A DNA stretch of 64,000 nucleotides from Bugula neritina (Eukaryota > Animalia > Bryozoa), in NCBI GenBank assembly GCA_964035545.1, contig OZ037766.1:28255673-28319672 (forward strand), in the 5' to 3' direction. The first letter of the stretch is position 1. Every line of letters starts with the position of its first letter. Positions 31,401 to 45,031 of this stretch are shown here, piece after piece. The position numbers and the translations under genes are program-made. The notes below the pieces were generated by a model. It made no database searches. It saw nothing but the letters and a program-made list of their open reading frames with translations, and was not told where the DNA came from.

Positions 31401-34164
31401 CCTGCAGAGAGTGTCTGCTTTAACACAACACATTGTGATTTAGTGACAGAGCACTTGCCAAGGGTGTCATACCTTAGCATTGTAATGTGATTGATCAAGG
31501 TAATCAATTTCCAGCACTTCGCTAGAGAGCACATCTCTGATCATATAATTGCCAGCTATTATAGCTTGAAAGTAGAAGTCAAAACTAAACCCATCCATTC
31601 CAAAAGGTTGCTGATCAGCTTGGCCATATACAGAATCTGCATTGAAAAACAATCCGTACTCAGAGATTCAGAAATAAAAACAATTTCCTAAACCTAAATT
31701 ATATTTAGTTGATATTTTCTCACAAAAAAATGTGCAAAGCTTGTATTTTATGTTCTTTCTAAACTCAACAATACCAACAGATTACAAATTATTTTATTTC
31801 TATGCTGGTTTCAGTGCAAATATTTTTTTAATTAAAACTGCAAGTTTTCAAAACTATCAATGGTTGACCTAGTAGTGTGGCAAATTGCGGTTTTGCTTAA
31901 GCCACTAGGTAAATTGAGGCCGCAAGGGGTCAAACCAGTTATCACTGTGTTATTCTATCTACCAAATAAGAATTAGCTAAGCAAAATACAAACAAAAATA
32001 TTATCCACATATTAAAAGTTTGTTCTTTCATATTTAAAAATACACAAGTTAACCACATCAATTTTATGAAAAGATCAACCAGTATAACACTAAATAAAAG
32101 GAAAAGGGATGTGTATTTTAAAAACTAATGGTTTTTGATATAAAGTTAAAAATGGTGGTAGGTTAACCTAAAGTTTATTCATACACATTTTAAATTATAA
32201 CTCATGTCTTCATCTACATTTAAATACAAACCAAGATATCTTGCTTGAAACTCTCTTGGGACAAAGGAAGGAAAGACAAATGGAACATCTCCTTCAGGAG
32301 AGATTGATAACTCAATTGAATATTGAAACATGACATCCACCTAACAAATGCAACAAATTCGAATTAATATTTTAAGTAATTATTTGACTTTACCAGAACA
32401 GTTTATTCTTCGATGCTGAATAAAGGTTTTATAAACTATATAGTGTTAATAAAATATTTACAATTTAACATTAAATTATAAGAATAACATTACAGTAACT
32501 TACCAGCTCATCAGATGGGATAACACCTAGATGACATGTGAACATGTCACTAGCTGTCTCTTCCAATAGTATTCCTTCACCATCCAGCTCCTCAAGAAGG
32601 GACAATTCCTATAACACAATCATTGGCTCACTTATTCTAACAATGCACAGTTTGAGATGGAATTTCAGAACAGAAACAATATTTCTTGTTGTATACTTTG
32701 AAGTAGAACCACCATAACCAATTACAAAAAGAACCAATAGACTACAGAGATGGTCACTATTGTTTATAAGAGAAGGTCTAAAGCCCACAATTTTATTAAT
32801 GAAGACCAAGTATAGGTGGATAAAAATGAGAAAACTTTTTACATGATTTTCTCCTTTCTCTCGACTGGCAGCAACAATTTTTTTCCCACAACAGGAGGCT
32901 TCAAAATGATAAAGAATAGCTTCCGGGTCAACAGGAAACAGGAAGAACCCATCTATGTGTTCGCCCTCGGTGTTTCGAAATGAAGCTTGACATGTGACAT
33001 CAGCAATCATTCCATGAATAGTCACAAATAGTCGAATCGACTCAAATGATACTAAAAAATAGAAAATAACACTGAAAAAAGTTGGAAGTTTACCACAGTG
33101 GAGTACACAATTCATTAGAAGTCAGTATTTAGTAATACCAGGCCTTATGCTAAGTTTATAAATGTTACCCCTAACTCATTTCTATTAGTCACATATGAAA
33201 TGGAGTTTACAGAAAACATTAGATTTAAATATAAACACTTGAAATGTAACTTTTTAGCTATACACATAATCCACACAATAAACTTCAACTACTTCAAACT
33301 GGAAAAGTCATGCAAACACGCATTTAATGCACACACCACAATATGAATATGTACTTCACACATTCTGCTGGGATTTTCACTACTGCCTCTTTTCTAAATA
33401 CTTTTGATAGTACCTAAGAATTCACAGCTGAATCCATATTTATGAAGGCTGTCAATAAAAAAAATCAATATGCTCAACCTATTTATAAACCTATCTACTT
33501 TTAGTGAATCCCTAAAATAAATTTATTACTATTACTATTAATAATTGCAATAATTATATTAATATGAAATTACATTTAAAATGAACTCAAATATAATTTT
33601 AATAATAACAAATAATAGTAATTATTATTATTAGCTATTACTATTAACAATGCCAATGGCCAACTTGACATACTCAAAGCGTTAGTCTAACTCCAAGTCT
33701 TACTCTTACTCTTAGTCTCACTCTGTAGCCTAGGCAATATGACAAGATATAGTGATGCTGATAGCAAAAACTAAAAGTTTGACTTTTAAGCCCAACACCA
33801 ATTTTTTTAACTTCAATACAATCATCAATCATGCATATTGATATTCGTATTGATGCTAAATTAAAATTTAATATACATATTAATTTTATATTTAGTTGAT
33901 AATTGCCGGATATTCCTTTTAATTTTATACTTACACTTACAGTTGTTTGATGTTTCAAATTCGAGTGTAGTTGTAAAACCAATGGCTATTGATTATTGTG
34001 ATTGCGAAATAATGTAAATAAGTATTATTTATTAAATAATTACCTGGGCGAATATCTTTCAAAAGGCTTATATCGATGCCGTCGTGAATGGTTCTTTTTG
34101 GACGAGGTTTGCCAAAGTCTTCGATTGCAAAGTACAAGCCCCATCGATGTTTACGTGTCTCCAT
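19489..34164 (-). CDS. VWA5A-like protein (VIT domain + vWA domain + C-terminal helical domain), ~19-20 exons; first exon 34164-34044, last two exons 21342-21206 and 19719-19489
   Basis: VIT: PVSFESIRLFVTIHGMIADVTCQASFRN...FLFPVDPEAILYHFEA. vWA: EFIFCVDRSSGM, LPMGCYFNIVSY, ADMQGT, QVFLITEG, MFPIGVG, GLARAGNG. Then IHRLA, SRFTPLVGID, QNADGYW and VWTTILALNWL. Splice phases are consistent throughout. Confidence 0.88.
20178..21186 (-). repeat. 17-bp minisatellite (~59 units; plus-strand unit TGAGGTAGTAGTTA[T/G]AG) in the last intron of the VWA5A-like gene; the sense strand is an array of let-7 target sites
   Basis: About 45 units, counted by eye, contain exact TGAGGTAG, which is CTACCTCA on the transcribed strand. 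Confidence 0.95.
21655..21828. repeat. ~23-26-bp minisatellite (ACACACAGGTAGATGTATAACCA), intronic
   Basis: About 7 copies, starting just inside the 5' splice site at 21835. Confidence 0.9.
23085..23210. repeat. Degenerate ~20-bp tandem repeat (TATGAGTCATGAACTGTAAC-like), intronic
   Basis: About 6 degenerate copies. Confidence 0.7.
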
Positions 34165-35054
34165 TGTTATTGTATAATTGAATTACTCCATAAAAACAAC
34201 CACTTCGCAATATATTATCACTATGATAAATGCCACTACAAGTACATGTTGATAATGACTCGATATCAATATGAATATCAAATTCAATATGTTAAAGTTC
34301 ACAACCCAATTTTTAGTTTTACTAATACTACTAATAGTAGTTTACATATCAGCCGGAAATTGTACAGTTCTGATACCAAAACTCTATACAGCGTGCAAAG
34401 GTTCGACTCGTACTTCGATAAAATCAAAAGTTGAGTCACATACTCAGGCTAACACAAAAAGGGGATGCAACTCCACAGAATCTGGCAAAAATTGAAATAT
34501 CTCACAACTTACAGTTGGTGTTAAAAATGCTCAACCCAGATGAAATAAATAATATTATTCATTCCATCTCACTATTATATTGTATTTTAGTGAGTAGCTC
34601 CATCTCTTTTAAAATGTGTGCAGATGATAGGACAAACCCTGGAGTAGTTAGTGTATGAAAACGTTATATTATTATACTCAGAGAGACAATTGAGCTTTTT
34701 AGTTTAAATTGACACCAGCCGCAGGAAAGCATAATTTGGCTCACTCATCAGCAGTGTATAAACACTGCTGATGAGGGAAAAATTCTGCTACATAGCAATG
34801 TGTGTTATATAAAATAATATGTTCTTTTGCTTTATAATATACAACACAATACGGTATTATAATATCTTGTAGAAGAGGCAATATTATATTATTATTGCTA
34901 AAAATTATTGTAAACACATTATCAACACATTTGGATTATTTTATATACATCTATGAGTTTGTAGTGGTTCACACATAGCCCTACAATTATAATAATATTC
35001 ATAACAAATAATTCAACTTATCAATGAAACATCTTATAAACAAAGTAAGGCCCA

Positions 35055-38000
35055 TTACTTATTACGATTATGTCTTTTTTTACTTTTAGATTTTTTCTTT
35101 TTTCTTTTTGCAGTTCGAAATGGTCCAAGTCCTTTTCGAACCTACAATTTCAGAACTGGCCCATCAGAATGTTTTATAATTAAGTCTATCATCGTATCAC
35201 ATTGTAAATGCTTTCATTTCCTGGCTGCTACAATAAAAGCTCATAAAATGTTATAATAAACAATATTTGAACCTAGCATAGCATCATGATTTATATAAAA
35301 AGTGAATTAGTTATGCAACTTTTTCCTGTTGGCTTCATTGACTTAATGCATGGCTACTACGCAAAGAACTTTAGGTAAGAGAATGGTGAGAAAGTTATAT
35401 TATTAGCCTTATTGTATCTAAAACTCCTCAAATAAAAATATTCTGCAATGGTAAAATAAGCTACACTAATCTTGTTACAAGAAATTATAACCATATATCT
35501 TAATTAAACAACATTAGAATTCATATATTCATACAATCATGCAATGGTTTAAAAATAACAGGCATCTTTTTATTTAAAAAATCAACCACTGTTTCTAGCT
35601 GCCAATATTCTCTTTCATGTACATACCATAACTCCTCTCCACCATGACTGAATTCTCACTGAGGCCTTTAGTCTCATACGCTCTGTTTCTTTTTCTAATC
35701 GTAGTTTTTCATTACATATCCTCTCTGACACACACACCTGCTCATACTCCGCATACTAAAATATATGTATAAAAGCAATTGGGTTAAAATTTGTACAGCA
35801 GTCGAATTAATTACAGAAAAGTATTACCCCATATGAATTGTTTATTAAGCGTGCAAGCTCAAACTATAAATGATAAAATAACTTCAATTATACAATTTCA
35901 AAACTGTAGAGCATATGTATTAAGACAGTTATTAACACTGTATTAGCAGGCCATATGCCAGATTTAATAATGTTACCCATAACCCATTTCAAAGTCCGAA
36001 GCTTTGGCAATCAATATAACATTCAATAAAAATATTCAGATGCCTTGACTGCAAAGTTATAAATATCATTTTTAGCGAAAATTTATATGATTTGTTAGAT
36101 TATAATATCTTTTAACAAAATACTATGCCAGCTTTTTAAATAATAATATTATTCTCTCTTATTACAATTGAGTTTTAATTAGCATAATATTTTTAAATTA
36201 TGACTTGAATAGCTGAGATACATTTTACTGATTAGTATAATAAGTATATATTTTCTGCTTGGCTATAAACACATGTATTAAACTAAGATTTCAATAGCCA
36301 AAAGTCAACCATTGCAATTTTGCTTCATTAATAGATACTAGTTAAAATATTTATCATGTTTTATACCAATACAAAATAGAAGCATTTAGATATTTGCTTC
36401 TTTGCATGTTGGCGCAACAAGGCAATTGCTCTCGTCAAAAAAAAACAACCACCATATAACAACTGATTTTAAAACTTACTTTTACTGTCAGCTCTTGCAT
36501 ACGCTCAAGGTCTTTATTCCTCATAGCTTTTAACTGTTCCAGCTCCTGAGTCTTTTCATCTGTGTCCTTACGGTACTTTTCATACCAATGTTCTTTCTGC
36601 ATAACAAATTATAGAAGACTGACTATTCCTTAAGTTATTATATTTTTTCTAAACTTATACTTCAATTCTTTAGTCAAATAAACTATATTTTTCAAGTTGA
36701 AGCTACAATTCGTTTTGAGCCAAAAACTGAATCTTTTTGGTTTTTTATTGTTGTTTTATATAATTATATTAACTAAAAACTTTTGAAATAGTTTTATGCT
36801 AAAATCTCCTTACCAATTCTTTGAGTCTTTCTATTTCCTTTTTTAGAAAATTCATAATCTCAAAATGACATTTTAGCTCTCGATCATCTTTATCTTTTAA
36901 AATCTATATAAAATATATATACACTGGCATCATGATTGTGCAAAATGATTTTTATTATTATAGGTGAAATCCATGCTTTGATGTACACACTAAATGTTTG
37001 AAAAATTGAGATTACAAAATACGCAAAAAAGTACATAACAGTAAATACTTGAGTTGTTTAAGAATTTCTAAAAAGTTCCTAAACTAGAAATTTTTTTTAT
37101 TGTTTTGGTTATAATAAAAATCAAAACATTTGATTAGTAGAAATAACCCTGATTTCTCACCTGAATGTCATGTAAGATATTTTCATAAGCAATCCGATTC
37201 TGCTTAAAAGTCTGCTGCACTTGGTTGTCACTATGTTTGGTGTGGTATTTTTTCTCTACACTAGATTTTATTTTCATCATCTGCAGTTGATCTTTCAAAC
37301 TCGCCACTTCGTCATCACGAGTCTCACACTAGTGACAGATGAATTAACTTGCTCGTTACAAATTCCAGTTTATTGTCTATACTCAAGAATGTTGCAAAGA
37401 GAAAACAATATATTATTTTTGATCGAATTATTCTACAATTGTAAAGAAAGTAGTTTATAGGTTTTTCTTAAATTAGTTTTGTTTACCAAAACACCTGTTG
37501 CTTGCTGTAGATCAAAGGTAATTAAGAATATTTTTCAATATATACCATTAATAATTCTTTTATATATGAACAAGGATACAATGCAGAATTTTTCATCTTG
37601 GCAAAAACGTGTATATACAGGTGTTGAATTTTTAAAAACAATGTAAACAATTCAATCTATTCACTTATTAATTGCACTCACAGTTACTTCCTGCTATTTC
37701 GTTTTAAATTAGAACTATTTTACAGTTAACTTTTTTTTAGCAAAAGTTGCAATCTGCAAAAAATATTCGTAAATATTTATTCTTTAACTGCCTGATCGTT
37801 TTTCGACAAAAAGCAACTAGGCCTACTCATGTTTTATTAATGTTTTAAAATGATATGTCTGCTTATTCAATCAAATTGATGAAAATAAACTAACTATGAT
37901 AACAATTAGTATGCAGCTCTATTGAGTTACGTTCATTTACCTATCTGTGCGCATTTATTGCATAAAGATAAAACTAAATATTTAAAAAATTACCACAAAT

Positions 38001-40493
38001 CATATTGATTTTTAGTATAGAATACAATGCATTATAATATGCCAATAAAAGTTAAATTCAACCCTTCTAAGATATATAATCATACAAAGATCAATATGTT
38101 GACCTAAAACGCATGGTGGTTTTACAATATTATGTATGATAATATTGGCTTAGTAAACAAGCTGTAAGCTAGTTAATGAAAGGTATGGTGCTTACTGCTT
38201 TTGCACTAGAAGTGCTTAAGTCTTTGAGGTTAGATTTTAGCTCCTCAATCCTATTTTGACTTCTCTGAAAACTAAACATACAAGCTAAATAATTTATGTC
38301 AAAACCAGAGTACATGATCAGCAAATTGCTTTGCTTTTTTTCCAATTTTTTCTCAAAATTTTAAATTTGGTCAACAAAAGTCTGAGTTTAGAGAGAAATT
38401 TATTTTCAAATTGATTGCATTACCTTAAAATTGATTTTTTTTAGTTTGCTAACAGTTTAAAAATGTTATTAATTATAATATCTGATAAAAATTGTTAGAT
38501 TTACCTTTTCAGTGCATCTTGAATTTTTTTTCTATACACCTTTTCTGTTTTAATAGCTTCAACTAGACTTTGGAAGGAATTTTTTGTCAACAACTCTGTA
38601 TAAGCATCTTTTAAAACATGTTCTAAGAATAACCTACAATTACATAAAGTAGTGCAATAACGACCTACAATTACATATACATATATACAGCTAGCGCAAA
38701 AGTAACGTTATTGAACATATTATATACAAGTTGTTTAACTGTTTTTAGTTTAAAAGGAATAGTGACGATTACTGTTAATAATGCACATACCTTTCTGAAT
38801 TTACTTTTGCGGAGCAGCAAGTTTCTGCTGTTAACTTCAAAAGACGACGAACTTCTTTTCTATTTCCAGACTCAGTGTATATCACTTTTCCATCACCTTT
38901 GAACTTGGTAAAAAAATTCTAACTTTGCAAATAACTTTAATACTTTAAATGTGAAATACTTCAATTAAACTATATTTTTTAAAACCTTTTGTTAACGCAG
39001 ATGTACATTGTTCAAATTTCAAGCAACCTTTTCCTTAACATTCAAACTTTACATAATATATTAAGTTGCACAACAAATGACTGTATGGCTAAAAATCTCG
39101 TTTTAACGACATGCAATCTTGCAGCATATAGTCTTATTCCAAGGGTTTTAAACTGCTTTATTTTACAAAGGGTTGTTATTTTCTATAAATTACTGCATAC
39201 CAGTTGAATTCTATGAGAAGTAAGTTTTCGTATTATTTGAGCAGGGTCGTCTTTGATAGACAATATTTTATCCAGAATAAATCTGCCATCTTCACCTATC
39301 TACAATAGATGTTGGGAAAATAATAACAACACAAAAAATCAAAGTATGATAGAAGCATTATTTAACTAAAATGAGTCAACTAGTTCAGCAAAATAGATGA
39401 ATCCTTTAACCTCATGAAGTCTGAGTGAGAAAAATTGTCTGCAAAAATTATCCTAAATGTTATGAGATTTTACTTATTATTATTATATTTGGAGAATATG
39501 TGTGTTGCAGTGCTGCATCCTTGTACAAGCTTTGGTTTGGTTTACATTTATGTAAATTTAGCTAAAATTGAGAATTGCATGTATCTAGCATTGTATTATA
39601 GTATTATTATTTTGCTATTACTGTCATTACAATAGAATATATACCTACCAAATTTGATTTAGTAGCTAGATATAAGGATGGATCTTTTCCAATCAACCCA
39701 AGTATATCGAGTTGTTCAATAGTTTCTTCCAAAATTGCTGAAAAACTGATGGCGTCGCATGTTGTACGCATCAACGATATTGGAGTTTTGCTTTTAGGCT
39801 TTCTACAAATAAATTCTATTTGCACCAACATGTAGTAATATGTTGACAATAATTGAAATTATATGTATGCAGTTAAACTTTATTATACGTTTTGTATTCC
39901 AATTATCATCATGTCAAGTTAAAAGCTATTTATCTAAGTATATATATACTGAAAAAACAGGGCCATGCTTCAATTGCTATAATTTAGCACGGGCTCCTTT
40001 AATTTAGATCTTAAATTAGGGTAGCCTTGAATACCTGCTCTTAGTATTAGTTGTAGCTTGGCTATCATCTTGGTAAGATATTGTAACTGCTGGTGTCCAA
40101 GGAAACAAACTTGTTCTCAACTGCATATCGGGAGAAGACAAGGGTTTTACAGAATCTCTAAAACAGAATTTATAACATCTGCTGCAATATTCTTGCATGA
40201 AATAAACTTAATATGCACTCTGACTTTTGCAGCTTGTTATAGAGACATTAACTATTGCAATTAAAAGAGTGCAAGTAGATAAAAATAAACATTTAGCAAA
40301 TAAAATCTAACTGAAGTCAAAATTTAACCGAAATTAGAATGGATACACATGCACACACGTGCACACACGCACACACTCGCACACGCCCACACGCACTCAC
40401 ACACGCACACGCGCGCGAACACACACACACACTCACACACGCACACACTCACATGCAGCACACACTCACACACGCACACACGCACACACGCAC

Positions 40494-40534
<41 letters not shown>

Positions 40535-41145
40535 CGCACACACGCACACACGCACACACTCACATGCAACACACACTCACACACGCACACACTCACATGC
40601 AACACACACTCACACACGCACACACGCACACACGCACACACGCACACACGCACACACGCACACACGCACACACGCACACACGCACACACGCACACACGCA
40701 CACACGCACACACGCGCACACACGCACACACGCACACACGCACACACGCACACATGCACACACATACCTGTGTGGAGCAAGCAAGTGTGCGAATGCCAAT
40801 TGTGGGTCTATTGAGAAAGTTTGAGATTTGCTATGCGAGTATCTATAACCCTCTTTATATCTAACCTCAGGTGGAGCTTTGTCATGTTGACTAAAGACAC
40901 AAGAAAATATATTATAATCATTACTGATAAAGCAAGTTATTATTAAAGTTTTGCAGAACACATTGTTTTTGTAGACGTGCAATGATTTAAAGTAGAGAAA
41001 ATTGTTTTGTTCAAAACAACTTAAGTTGTTTTGAACAAAATAAGGAATTATTACACTGTGAAATAATTGAATTTTTATAAAATTTTATGAATAACTCTGG
41101 ATACAAGGTTCCAAAAATAAGTTTATTTTTGTTTACTTACCTCAT
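35055..41145 (-). CDS. IQCG: Dynein regulatory complex protein 9 / IQ domain-containing protein G; ~12 exons, ATG 41145, stop 35057-35055
   Basis: Coiled-coil exons, including [38 protein letters not shown] motif [21 protein letters not shown] is followed by a Lys-rich tail, typical of IQCG/DRC9. The 5' exons [16 protein letters not shown] join in phase. Not every middle exon boundary was checked. Confidence 0.85.
40345..40765. repeat. Compound (CA)n/(CACACACG)n microsatellite in a DRC9 intron
   Basis: Seen directly. It explains the HTHT and CVCV ORFs. Confidence 0.97.
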
Positions 41146-42645
41146 GCTGAACAACTTTTTGAATATTATTTCAACTTTTTACAAAAATCGGCTTTAGTGA
41201 CAGATCACTTGAAAAAATTTAAATATATTTTGAATATCATGCTGCGCAGCATGACGTTTTTCTTTATGCTTCTGACGCATGTTAGGGTTTTCAAATTTCT
41301 CTTGCAATAAATTAAATGAAAAAGTTAAGGTGGAGTTTGCACTTAACTTGTAAGCTGTAACTGCATTTTCAACACATTGAAATTCACATATTGTATAAAA
41401 TATTTCTTTCATATTGTTATTGAATATAAGCAATAAATTTACCTATGAGCATATAAATATGTTTATATGCAATTAGTACTCTTTGATGAAATTGGTAATT
41501 ATATGCATAGAGGGTTTTATGTTTTAAATCACAGTTATATATATTGTAATGTTTAATTTATGTGTGATAACTTTGCCAAAAAATTCAGTTACCAATGCTC
41601 AACCTTTCAAAACAATTAAGGATAAGTTTACTTCTGTTCAGTTACCTGTTCTTTGCCTAATATAACCAGGTATCATGATTGTTATTGGAACTTATCAACA
41701 TTCATATAACGTGTAAATGGTAGGCAAGTTGAGTATCTTTTTAATTCTGCATAGGGGTGGTTTCTGGTTAATGCAACTTAAAATGATAGCAAATTTGAGT
41801 CCGGCGCTGCAGTTATGTCCCAAACATAAACTTTTAATGATTAAATTTATTTTTGCTATAAATTGCAGGGAAATTGATCGAAATGCACTAACTTTGTTCA
41901 GAGGTATTATAAAAAAGTAATTATGTTGTTATTCAATATATTCAAAAGCCTAGCTTTTGACAAACAAGTAGCTCAACAATATCAGTTGATTCACTTTATT
42001 CATGAATATTGAGTTGCAAGGCATGGGGTTAATTTTCCTCAGTAAAATTTAACAATTCCTATATACATGATACAAAAGATAGCTGGTTACCTATATAATA
42101 CATGTATTACATTTTATTATAGAATATATCTTCTTTTCAGAAAAAAATAAAGCAAAAGACAGGCCTGCAGCCTTAAGATACAATAAAATAAGCAAATAAT
42201 TGAGCATTCATATTTACATATAATATAACAATAATTGAATATCACAAGATTTGCATATTCTCAAACATGACTTTGAAGCCAGAAATATGTCACCAGACAA
42301 AGAATAAATAAAAAAATAAAATTTAAACTTCTAAGCCAGTAATTATAAATGACTTGGCAAATGTTTTGTATAATTCAAGAATAAATATAAATCAGGTAAA
42401 GTAATTTCAAAACTCAATAAATGGGATTGTTTCAGTCAAAGAAAAGACTGCAGAACTTTTTACAACTAGTTTGCAACTTTTTATTTTTTTAATTATTTTG
42501 TACTTTTGCCAGTTTCAACCAGCTGAACCAAGATGTTTACTCGATTAAATAAAAGCAATATTTTACACACAAAAAATTTAGACGTTTTGCAAAATTTGTT
42601 GACAGCACTGCAACACTAAGATATGGTCCGTATTAAAGATAGTTG

Positions 42646-45031
42646 TCATAGTTTCACAAAGGAGCTGTCGTCAAAACTTGAGGTTGACTTTAGCTTTGAG
42701 CGTTTACGCGCCTGTGACCTAAAACAAAAATAAAAAACATTGTGGTAAGCATCTGAGTTCTATATGTTAAAGAAATAAAACAAATCTGGTTGATAAAATG
42801 CATGGCTATAAATGACATATCTAATGATGATTCAATAACCAGACAAAATATTCATGTTGGCCCAATCAGTTGAGATATATGTGCATAGCTACTGCTCTAA
42901 ATACACTTTGCCTTATTCTGACTAGCAATTTAATGGGAGATATTTAAATAAGTCTTTTGCAATTTATAGATAATGACACAAAAAATGGTTAAATGCTACA
43001 ATAAAGGGTACAGAATACAGATTAATGTAGCATTAATAAGAGCTTTGCCTAAGCTCGGTGTATCTATATTTCGAGGCAGTTAAATGCATCTGATTAAAAT
43101 TCGATTATATAAATACTATAGAAATATATTTGCTAGTAAAATTTCTTTGCAAAACAATTATGAAATATTGGTGATGGCATTGCTGCATGTTTTAGTGGGA
43201 AGATAATTCAGTAAAATGCTAAACATGAGCAATGGAGGGTTATCAACTTTATAAACTGTAACAACAATCCGGAATATTGGTCTGTTGTGTTTTAAAAAAA
43301 AGGCAAAATGTAATGCAGCAGCGGAAAAAAATTAATATTACCTGTGTTCTAAACAAACAGTATAGCAAAAGAAACTACTTTAGCCCACACCACAGACCGA
43401 AAAAAATGAATAACGTGCAAGCTATTGAAATGTCTATATAAAGAGAAATTTCCTTAAACACATGCATTACATTTCATATAGTACAAAAAACTGTTTTTAA
43501 AAGAACTAACTGGTTGGTGGGTGACTCAGTGATGTAATCAGATAGAGAGAATGCAGCTGGATGAATAGCATCATTTTTATCAGCATGTTTGTTTTGCTGG
43601 AGGTCAGTATCATATTCTAGGTCAGTATCATAATCTAGGTCAACACCATAATCTAGCTCAGCATTATCTCCATCCCAAATGTACCTTTCTTCTCTGAGCT
43701 TAGGGGTATTCATCTTTTTCCTTCGAGCTATAAGGAAATTTACAAAATAGGTTTCTAATTACATAATATTAATTATATATTTAATATTATATAATAATTA
43801 GTATTACTATACAAGTAGCATGTATAAAGAGAAAGAGAGAGTATCAGAAAACTAAGTGCATCATGTAAAGTATAATAGGTTTTTGATCATAATTTTTCAT
43901 CTAATATAACTATGCATAACAGTTGAGAGCAGTATAATATCTTATAGCTAAAGCAATATGTTTGAATTACAGAATTATAATCATGCACATTGTAGTAGAA
44001 ATTATATACTTTCTACTTCAAAGAGGTATACATAACATTTGAATAGATACTTAATGTAAAACAAAGCTTATAGAATTAGGTCCCATGTGGTTACTAAAAT
44101 TGTTAATAATACATGACTGTCTTAAAAAACTTCGCAGTTTTACAAGTTTATTTTATTGCATCTTACTAATTATTAGGATGCTTTACTCTAAATTATTCAA
44201 ACTTACAATTCTTAGTTACCATGTTTTTATACAACTTATGGTCACTTTGATCAAAGTAGCCCAAATGAATTTCAAAGGTAGACAAATCTTCATTATCAGA
44301 TGTTTCTACAAAGATATAAACAAAAATACTCAAATAATATAATTCTAATATTAAATCAACACTGTAATGCGGCAATTGAGTGCCTATCAGAATAGTTTTC
44401 ACAAGTTTGTACCCAACTTTCTGAGACAATCATTTCACCTTCTGACAACTCATGTTGGCTAACTTTGAGTGCTCGTCTCTCTTGTCTGGTGAGATGGTCT
44501 TGTGGGCGGTGACCTTGCATGGCGGATGTAATGTTCATTTCATTCTTTGAAACACACTGCCTTACATTTCCTTGATTAGAGTAGTATCCTGTGCAGGTGT
44601 TGGACATGGAGGGATCACCTCTGTTAGTCATAGAGAGGGTGTGTTCAAGAACCGTAATCTAAAGTAAATAAGCATGTACGCAATCATAACCCTATAGGTC
44701 TATATGAACAGAGAAATAATTTCAAGAATCACATTAACTTGAGACTTACCTTTATATCCTGGTTTTCTGACTCGAGTTCAACTTGTGACTTGATGCTCTG
44801 TGGAAGCTCCCATCTCTTATGTTTGTTCAGTGAGTACTCGACAGCACCAGATGCGTTGGCAGGCAAACAACTCATGAAATTTTTCACATCATTGCTGATG
44901 GCGCCTGGTTTCTTGTTTTCTGAGTTGCTGTGCACGACAAGGCAGCCATACTTTTTAGTAGCAGAAGAAAATGGCTGATTTCTTATAGTTTTGCCAGTAA
45001 TTCGGCCTTTTTTAGATCCTTTGTAAGACAT
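42646..45031 (-). CDS. Uncharacterised 263-aa protein; exons 45031-44750, 44658-44439, 43727-43511, 42718-42646
   Basis: Four GT-AG exons join in frame (792 nt; phases 0, 1, 2), giving MSYKGSKKGRITGKTIRNQPF...FDDSSFVKL*. It contains an internal DLDYDTDLEYDTDL repeat. Confidence 0.7.

Noticed and set aside
40324-40982. His/Thr- and Cys/Val-rich ORFs
   Set aside because: Translations of a CA-type microsatellite.
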